From Atractiella rhizophila (lineage: Eukaryota): 46,518 nucleotides of DNA. Where the stretch lies: the NCBI GenBank assembly GCA_021432655.1, contig MU271546.1, positions 1 through 46,518 of the forward strand, read 5' to 3'. Of the stretch, positions 26,231-35,600 are shown piece after piece; positions within the stretch are counted from its first letter, which is position 1, and every line of letters begins with the position of its first letter. The notes beneath the pieces are model-generated. The model made no database searches. It was not told the DNA's origin and saw only the letters and a list, made by a program, of their open reading frames with translations. Position numbers and translations under genes: made by a program.

Positions 26231-28409
26231 ATGGAGGCGGATAGCGTGCCAAAGAAGAAGGCTACGGTGAGAGAGCTGAAGCAGAAGGACTCGGAGAAGG
26301 AAAAGGCGAAGGAGCGGGAGAAGGAGAAGTTCATTTGGAGACAGGTCCTCGCGAACCCTCACAGTGCCAAAGGACAGAGCTGGTGAGCTTGTCTTTTTTC
26401 TTTTAGTATCAGAGAGGGGGGGAGTGTTGTTTTTGCTGCTCAGAAGGAAGATTCTGTGTGCTCTATGAAGGACTTCAGCATCTGTTTCGACTGGGAACAC
26501 TCCATTTGCTCCGTACGCTATTGTACAATCTTGCAACACCAGGAAAAACCTGGCGTATCACAGGAATAGGAATTAAAGAGTACCTTTTGGGAAGCTTCAC
26601 ACATTACACTAACTTTGGACATCACTACTCACTAGCGTCCACAGGCCACACCTCCCATCCACTCCCGAAGGCCTAAACCTCTGCAACGAGCTCATTTCCC
26701 TCTTGTCTCCGATAGGAGAACAACGTAGCGCCGAATCGGGGTCGTCGAACTCGAAATCGAAGAAGCGAAAGCGCAAGGAAGCAGCCTCGTCCTCGTCCGT
26801 GAGCACGAAGAAACAGAAGGTAGCGACGGAACCAGTTGTTTCAGGATCAGGAGCGGATGTTCCCATGGAGGTGGACGCGACTGGTGGATCTCAGGACGCA
26901 GTCGTTGTCAGGTCGTATACGTTGAGGTCGGATAAGGTGGTGGAATATCGACCTCGTCAGAACTTGTTCAATGCTTCTAAAACTGCCAGCGGTCAAGAGG
27001 ACGCGAATGGGAAGATGGAGCAGGGGGTGGAGATGCTGGAGGAAGTGAAAGGGGAGGCAGCCGTGAACGATGAATTGCTGCAATTCGTCACGATAGGGAT
27101 TAACGACGTCACGAAACAATTGGAGAGGATGATACATTCTCGAAGAGCTGTTGAGGTCGGAGCTTCAGATGATGTCCCAGTTGCCCAAGTAAAGGAGACG
27201 GAGAAAACGAACCCATCGGAAGATGCGCTCGCTTCCGTCTTTCTATCAAACCTCCAACCAGCCATACCACCTCCGATTTCTTTGCAAGCAGCTCCTCCAG
27301 AACTAGTATCGAAGAGGATCCAGCTAGCGCAACTCTCCAAGCCCATGGGATCAGAAATCAGGATCAAACGGGACACGATAGCCCTCGACCTCGACCTTCC
27401 TTCTTTTCGATACCTCGCCAAACCCAACTCAGAACAAGACGTGGGGAGTCAACCATCGTCGTATGCCCTGTTCCAGGATATGCCATCCCTCCCCCCGATT
27501 CCTTCCCTCCCTGATTTTCATACGGAACCTCACCCTCCGATACTTAATGGGAAACCTCATCCTTCGAAGAATTCCGCTCTCGTTACGGATTCGGTCTTGA
27601 AAGAGCTTTATAGACCGATGGTCGAAGGTATTTACAGGGAGGAGAGGGAGAGAAAGATTAATTTGAAGAAGAGGGGAGCGAAAATGCGGAGGGTGAAGAG
27701 GGAGGTTGAGAGGATGGAGATGTTGGTTGCTGCAGGAAGATTTGTGAGCTCGAAACAGAAGATGCAGCAGAAGGAAGGAGGGATGAAAGGTAGTCGGAAG
27801 AAGAAGGAGAAGAAGGAACGGGTGGATAGAGGAGATGCGAGAGTCGTCCTGGTTTGTAGGGACGACCTGAACCCGCAGAGCTTGACGGATCATCTCTTGC
27901 AGATGGTAGGAAGTTGGAATGCGTTATGCGAAGAGGAGACAAAGGCAGATGAAGGAGATGAACAAGCGGAGAGGAAATCATCGGAATCCAAGCCTGATAA
28001 GAAGGAGGAGAAGGTGTTTCTAGTCGCTTTACCACAGGGCAGTGAAGTATCACTTGCGAAAGCTCTCGGTGTGAGACGTGCAGCTGCCATCTCCCTTTCT
28101 TCGACCTTCCCCTCCCTCGAACATATCGTCTCGCTTCTATCTACCAATGGCATCTCGCCCATATCCCTTCCGAACCTCAATCGTCCCAGGTCGTATGAAC
28201 AGACCCACATCAAGCATCTGAAGACGAGCGTGCCGACGGACTTGAAGGAGAGGAAAGAGGTGAAAGCAGAGAAGAAGAAGAAAAGGAAGGAGGAGATACG
28301 GGCAAAGGAGAGGAAAAGAAAGGATGCGCTGAAGTTTGAGAAGAAGTTGAAGCAGAAGGAGCAGAAGAAAAACAAGACGCAGATGATGAACCGGGCACAG
28401 TCACAATGA
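26231..28409 (+). CDS. POP3: RNase P/MRP subunit Pop3/Rpp38-like protein (L7Ae fold)
   Basis: WRQVLANPH..SW|PHLP..LISLLSPIG, VTIGINDVTKQLE, VVLVCRDDLNPQSLTDHL and LVALPQGSEVSLAKALGVRRAAAISL, with a Lys-rich tail. Intron 26383-26644. Confidence 0.75.
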
Positions 28410-28660
28410 AATTCGCTTTAGCAGACTTCACTGTTGAAGTATTTACAAAACAACTCGTTATCATTGTCATACACCCTTGATCTCAAAATATAACGCGATT
28501 CGACGCGGCAACATCATGTGATCTACGCAAAACCTGAGTTCGGGACAGATTCAGGTGGGTTGCGTTCCTGGCTGCCACGACGCTAGAACGCGTCAAAAAC
28601 GACGAGATTAGCCTCATCCTGCTCTATTTTAATGTTCTTTAGATAGTCTGTAAGGAGAAG

Positions 28661-31600
28661 ATGGACCCCAACGATCTATCACAGGTTCTACCAAGTTCCC
28701 CTTTGAAGAAAGCTCGGCTCGCCATTGATGGAACAGCGACCTGCCAACAAACATTTGAGGACCCGATAACCACAATCGAAGAGCAGAATGACGAAAGTAC
28801 TGTGGAATTTGCAACTGATTTGACGGAGGAGGAAGTGAGAAAGTCAAGGAAGTATCAAGATGAAGCACTTGTTGCTGCAAAGGCTGGGAACGTTATTGTC
28901 AGGATGCCTACGGTGCGTGTCACGATCAGTTCGCAACTTGTGTCAAGAAGCCTTTTTCATTCTGCCATATAGGCATGAAAGCCTGCTCATTCAGCTTGTA
29001 GGAAGTCGTCTTCTTGAAGCCGTCACACTTTTAGCCTTTTGAAAGCCACAGAGCAGGATCAGCTCACTGATTCATTTAGGGATCTGGAAAGACAATGGTG
29101 GCAACTATGCTGATAAAAGACATGTTGTCCTCACCCCTGAGCCAAGGTGATACCACACCCAAGGTCCGCCTCTTCACCTCCACTTAAATTGTGTTTCCAA
29201 ATCCCGCTTGACAGAAAATCATCTTCCTTGTTCATACAACGCTCCTTGTGCACCAGCACCACGCCACACTCTCCGCCTCACTCCCATCCCTCCATTCCTC
29301 CTCATCTCTCAAATCCTACTATGGCATGGGGTACGACGACTGGTCATCCTCAAAATGGGAAGCCGAGTTCGAAGAGCTCGCTGTGGCGATCATGACGGCC
29401 CAAATCTTTCTGAACCAGCTCCGAGCTGGGACGTGGAAAATGAACCGGTGCCAGCTCATTGTCTTTGATGAGTGCCATAATGCCACGAGAAATCATCCCT
29501 ACGTTGCGATCATGAAGGAAGTTTATCATCAGATGCCTGCAGAGGAGAGACCAAAGATTTTAGGCCTCACTGCAAGCCCGATTCAGGATCCACAGGCTGA
29601 TAAGGCGAAGAAATTCATCTGTGGAAGGAAGGTGGAGGTCGCCGAATTTGGATGGGAGGATGTCGACTATGGGAACGAGAAAATCACGTTCAAGGTTAGC
29701 GATGAGAAGCTTCTGGAATGGGCAGATGACGGGATAAAGAAGAGCCATCTTCTTCGACTGGACGAATGGAATCGAAAGTGCTACATGGTGTCCCTTAATC
29801 GTCGCTTTTCGAGGGAAGATTTGGCGTATGAAAGAGAGTCGAATAGTCGAGTGGAACCCCAAAAGTCGCAACATCGACTGTTATGGCTTCTCGCACCACT
29901 TTCTAGTGATGGTCACATCGACTGGTCATTGGTGGATGAGCCCTGGTCTCCACTTCCCAGATTTATTGAACACCTGAACCTACATGAGCTGCATAGCTCA
30001 GTGATACTTGTTCCTCATCGGCCTCTCACCACCCGACTCTTCAACTTTGTTTCCCCTCGTCACGACGTCTCCACTTCCTCATCGGTCCATTTACCTCTTG
30101 CAAAACGCATCGAATGGATAGATTATGAACATTGGTTCACCAAGATGAGGAGACACCATGCATCGGTCCGAGCTCTCCCAGAAGTTACCTACTTCTTAGA
30201 ACTTCAAAGTCATCCGAAGCCCAGGAACTTCCTTGCGCCATCGACCAAGGATTCTTACGAAGATCGTCGTACCTTTCTCGTTCCCAACAATCTTTGTGCA
30301 ATCGATCTTTTAGGGGTTGGTGTATGGAAGACTTTTCGACATGTCCCTAGCTTTACCAGGAGGATTCACGACATGCTACTCGCTGACATGGTTGCGAAGG
30401 AATTGACGTTGGATTTCATTCCGTCTGAGTTGATGTGCCATGCCATAACTTTGCCAGTTTGCGGAGTCGGATATAACTATGAGTGGGTGCTTCGCACATA
30501 ACCTCCCAATTCCTCATTGATACGACATAGGCGGCTTGAATACTTGGGCGATTCTTTCGCAAAGTTGGTATGTTGCCCGCCAGGCATAACAGATCGTTGA
30601 ATGGGTTTGAAGGCATCGAGTATCCACTTGTATTTGCTCAAGGACAAAAACCAAGACCTACTGGACGAAGGACTTCTCAGCGCTCGAAGGCAGGCTTGTA
30701 TCAGTAATTTCACCTTCCGGAAACGAGCGATCGAATCCGAGCTGCATAACTGCTTCTCTACTTTCATTTGTCGTATCAATGCCTGGCGGCCTCCAACTTT
30801 CGAAGTTGACAACGACCTTTCTGCCGATGGCTTGACAGTTGTCCGCACAGTGGCTCGTCGTACCCTCTCTGACGTGACTGAAGCGGTCATGGGTGCTGCC
30901 TATTTGTCTGGAGGGATACCAGGAGCTTTACATGCTTCACAACAACTTGGCCTCTCGTTTGGGAAGGCTAAGGACGGCGATTGGGAGAAACGGTGGCATG
31001 AATTAGGGAATGAAGGCGATATCTATCCCGCGGGGCCCATTTTGCGAGAGTTGGAAGAAACACTTGGATGGATATTTCGCGATTCGAGATTCCTAATGAG
31101 CTCTCTGACACACAATTCATATACTGCCGCCGACGCATGTTATCAACGTGAAGAGGTCTGTCCTCTGTCCTTCTACCTACATCGTTGATTGACATCTGTC
31201 CAGTTTTTGGGTGATGGTAAACTGTCCATTCATCCGCAGATCAGAACTAATTGATCCCATCAGCCGTGATTGATTTCTTTGTCGCCTCTAAACTCTTTTC
31301 CCTCTTCCCTCTTGCTCCACCTTCCCGCCTTTCAGTTCTCCGCTCTATGTTAGTTTGCAATTCGACCCTGTCATACCTCTCCCTCTCGTTATCCCTCGAC
31401 AGTCACATCCGGCTCTCCGCAGCATCCTCCGCCATCGACGCCATTGCTGCTGCCCGCAAGGAATATTCTACCTTTGGACCTCTGGATAAGGATTGGCTCT
31501 CCAGAAAGCCCTGGACTTGGGATCCTCCAAAAGTTCTGAGTGATGTCTTTGAAGCGGTTATCGGCGCAGTGTTTTGGGACTCCAAATTTAACGTTCAGAA

Positions 31601-32250
31601 AGTCTGGGTGATCCTAGAGAGATGTTTTGCTAATCTCTTGAGGGTTATTCAGGACTGTGGAGATGTGGTAGCAGATCCGTGGTCGGTTATGGAAAAGAGG
31701 ATCAGGCAAGAGGCTCGTTGTCATGAATGGAGGGTCGAGCATAGGTCTGTGTTTATTCTGAATTCTGAAAATTTGAAGAGTGAGGCTCGCCTTTAGTCAA
31801 CTAGAACCAGGCGTTCGACTCGCACAGGTCATATTCCATGATGTCGAGATAGGATCCGGGACGGGCAAGACGCGAGCAATGGCAAAGATGGCAGCAGCGG
31901 ATGCAGCCAATGCATGGTGGCTGCTCCATCGACAAGACGTGCGAAAGGAGAGCGCAGAGGATGATCAAGAAAAAATCTGCGATTGTCATTTCATGAGGGA
32001 GCAGAAGAAAAAGGAGAAAAAGGAGGCGAAACTTAGGGAGAAGCTAGCTGCTAGAGATGTGACAAACAAGGCAGGGAAAACTACTGGAGAGGTCGATGTG
32101 GAGCTCTTTAGAGAAAAGGAGGTCCCAAACTCTATAATCGAAGTTGAGAAGGAAACTGGACAGCGAATTGAACCTGGACAGCTTGACGAACTGGTCGAAG
32201 AAGTCGATGTGGATGATGTTGATTCTGAAGGCACAGACGAGGAGATGTGA
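28661..32250 (+). CDS. Dicer-like protein A, internally deleted (HEL1 - platform - RNase IIIa - RNase IIIb - dsRBD), about 1040 aa
   Basis: Exons 28661-28912, 29080-29163, 29215-30482, 30531-30567, 30612-31155, 31204-31216, 31264-31744, 31797-32250. Motifs: RKYQ, MPT|GSGKT, VFDECHNA, GLTASP, YE|RLEYLGDS, LSDVTEA, REE|FLGD|A, LSDVFEA, dsRBD with CDC. No helicase-C domain or DUF283. Confidence 0.9.
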
Positions 32251-32606
32251 TGCTTTGTGGACATTTGGATCGGCCAATGGATGTACGATAGACTTCTTGG
32301 GCATGTTGGAGTGTTAAGACATTAGATTCATGTACTCTATCATCAGGCCTATCTCCCAGCGTCATGTAAGGATGATGTTCAACTCATGCGCAAGCGGACG
32401 CGTGCCCCCCTGTTTTGGAGCGGGGGCTAATGAATTGAGCAAAACCCTGTGATCAACTGTGATGGCCTCCCGGGGTCGTAACAGGACAACAGGACAAGTG
32501 GACAAGTGTTTTCGTCGTTTGCGATGATTGCGTCTCTCCTCCCCATCATTAATAAGCGGGTCTCCAGCATGAGGACAAACCCGCAAGCACCTCGCCACCT
32601 TTCATT

Positions 32607-35600
32607 ATGCAGGAATCATCCAGCGAGCGAGCAATGATGGGGATTGAGATGTTAACGTCCAGAAAGTATCAGGAGGAGGCGCTGATCGCTGCAAAGAGGG
32701 AGAATGTGATTATTAGAATGCCAACGTGGGTCTCCTCTTTACCAAATATTTAATTTCAGCTCCGCGGTGAGGCTCCTCGCTCCTGTGGTTGTGACTGCAA
32801 TAAAAGATGTGGAATTTCTAAAGCTCTGAAGCATGAAAGCTTCCACGGTCACTTCACTTGATCTCTTCATCTGTGCTGGTAGACTAGACAGGGACATCGT
32901 AGACATTTCTCACCTCGCGAGGGTACAGTACTCCCACTCCCTGTATCCTAGTAAATATCCAGATACAATATTTTACATTTTTCTCCCGGAAAAGATATCT
33001 GTTTGAGTTGTGAGATTACGGGTGGATATTCCAAGGAGATTTGTGAGCGAGTCGGGGTGATATCGACATCCAACAAAAGGAGAATGAAGTTGTCTAGAAT
33101 TGCTCAAAATCCCAACATGGCACAGTATCTGGGGATGTTTGATTTATTCAAAGCAAATTTGAGATTCTCACGCCTTTTTGATGTATTTTTCTTTTCAGTT
33201 CTTTGATGACAGTATGTTAGCCTGACTGACTTAAAATCACGCTGTTGTATAGAGGCTCTGGAAAGACTCATGTGGCCGCTCTTCTGATCAAAGAGATGTT
33301 GTCCATGCCTCTGGAACCAGGTCAAACAGAGGCTAAGGTATGTATGCCTTGACTTCATCGCACTGGGCTGATGGAAAGAATAGAAAATCATCTTCCTCGT
33401 GGACAAAACGCTGCTAGTGCATCAACACATTGGTACACTGACGCGGTACATGCCTTCACTAGCGTCCCGCCTCAAACATTATTTTGGAATGAGCTGCGAT
33501 AGCTGGCCAGTGTCTCAATGGCTCGAAGAATTTGCTTCTCTCGATGTTGCCGTCATGACAGCACAAATCTTCTTGAACCAATTACGTGCCGGGACTTGGC
33601 TGTTAGACAAATGCCAGCTGGTCGTCTTCGATGAGTGCCACCATGCAACCAAGAGCCACCCATATGTTACGATCCAAGAGGAAGTGTACATGAAGATGGA
33701 GGGTGAGAGACCGAAGATTCTGGGCCTCACTGCGAGTCCGATATACAATAGTGAGTCGGAGAAGGCGAAGAGAGACTTAGCGTATGTCTTACTACTTGAC
33801 TTCAAGCAAATGAGTCGTCGAGTAGTGACATTTGGTCTGGTGTAGCAAACTCGAACGTATCCTCGATTGTCGCATTCACGAAACTAAGCTTCACGTTGAG
33901 GAGTTGAAGCTGTTCTCACCCACTCCCGTTGAATCGATATATGGCTATCCAAGATCTGAACTAGGAGAACCTCGCCCCGTTTCTCACATCGAAAACTTAT
34001 TCAAATCTTGTATCTGGAGCTGGAAGAAGTTTACAGAAGGGCCGGGGAAGATGTACAAGGCATTTTTAGATGCAAACCAAGTTAAACGTTCCCAGTACCT
34101 TGATAACGTTGAGGCTGATTATGTTTTACAGCACCTTGGAACTGTAGGAGGAGACATATATCTGTACCTTTGGCTGGGCGAATTCAAGAACCATGTCGAT
34201 AACCACCCCGCATTCCACTCGATTAAGCAGGACACACGTCGTTATTCGCAGCTTCAGCGGTTATATTCTCTAATGAAGACAGCTGTTGAAGCTCTTCCAA
34301 CTTTCGTTCCATACAGTTCCTTCACCAGCGAACAGTTTCGGCACGACGACCTGGACCGGATGCAATACGATCCCTTCCCTTCTGAACTCCTAGTCGGCAA
34401 TGACGGCTTCTCGCACAGACTTCGGCTGTTCCTATCCCTTCTTCCCATCTACCGAGACGTTGCATCTGATAAATTTCAATGTCTCGTCCTCTGCCAGACT
34501 AGGTTGCAATGCGAGGTATTGTGCGAAATTGTGAATCGCTTTTCCGGCTACCCGTGGATTAAGGCGGGCTGGCTGGTTGGTCATGGGGATAGCAAGGACG
34601 GAGTGAAAAGGGATATGCAAACAGAAGTCGAGGCCAACATGAAAGTGGAGGAACAACTCAACATGATGAATGGTTTCAAAAGAGGAGATATTAATCTGCT
34701 CGTCGCCACCAACATTGCGGAAGAGGGGATTGTATGTTTGACACTGCTCCCTTCTTCCACATCAAATTGAGATTGCCATGCAACAGGATGTCCCTGCTTG
34801 TAATCTGGTTGTGCGCTTCGATCCACCGCAGACCTTGGTAGTTGTTTTCTCTTTTTGTGTGTGGTCAGTGATGACATATCATGGCACTGTGGCAGGTCTC
34901 CTACGTGCAATCTCGCGGACGTGCCAGGCGTCACAATTCATATTACGTCCTGCTGGCTTCCAACGAGGACGAACGGCAGAAGTATGTGAAATGGAAGGAA
35001 CAAGAGCTGACTCTCCTGGCGCAATATCGAAATAGGGAGGACATGGAGAACCTGCAAGCACAATCGGAACCGGACCACTTTTTCTTCCAACATCGCGGAG
35101 AGAAAGCGTACCTGACTGGCCATTCTGCGGTTATGCTCATTGCTGCCCTCTGCAATATTTATCGAGTAAGTAGTGCTTTCCTGTCACCACCTTGAAAAGA
35201 GAGTGAACAAGGGAGAAACAGGACGAGTACACTCCAGATACTAAGCCAATTTACGAAGAGTACGAGCATGCCGACACCTACTGTCGTTTCCAATATCGCC
35301 TCCAGCTACCCATGATCACTCCACTCACACAAAAGGAGAGAAATATACTGTCCGACCGCTGGCCCACCAAGAAGAAAGCAAAACATCATGCTGCCTTTTT
35401 GGCGTGTCTTTTTCTGCGGGACAAGGGGAAGATCGACAAAAACTGGCAACCCATCAAGAAGCCGAAGAAAACAGGTAACCAAATGGAGTATTGGTTCGAT
35501 GGAAATGGGGAAAAGGTGGTTGTCACGAAACTACCTGCTGCTATCGAAGGAAATATGCCCAATGTCTGGGGAGATTTGTGGAGGCCCGAAGGGGAGTGCT

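Noticed and set aside
26847..28470. Several long antisense ORFs over POP3, and likewise over the GATA factor and Dicers
   Set aside because: They are shadows of biased codon usage in the sense genes and encode low-complexity products.
32920..33140. TACAGTACTCCC as a possible MITE terminus in the Dicer B intron
   Set aside because: No matching inverted terminal repeat or TSD was found.
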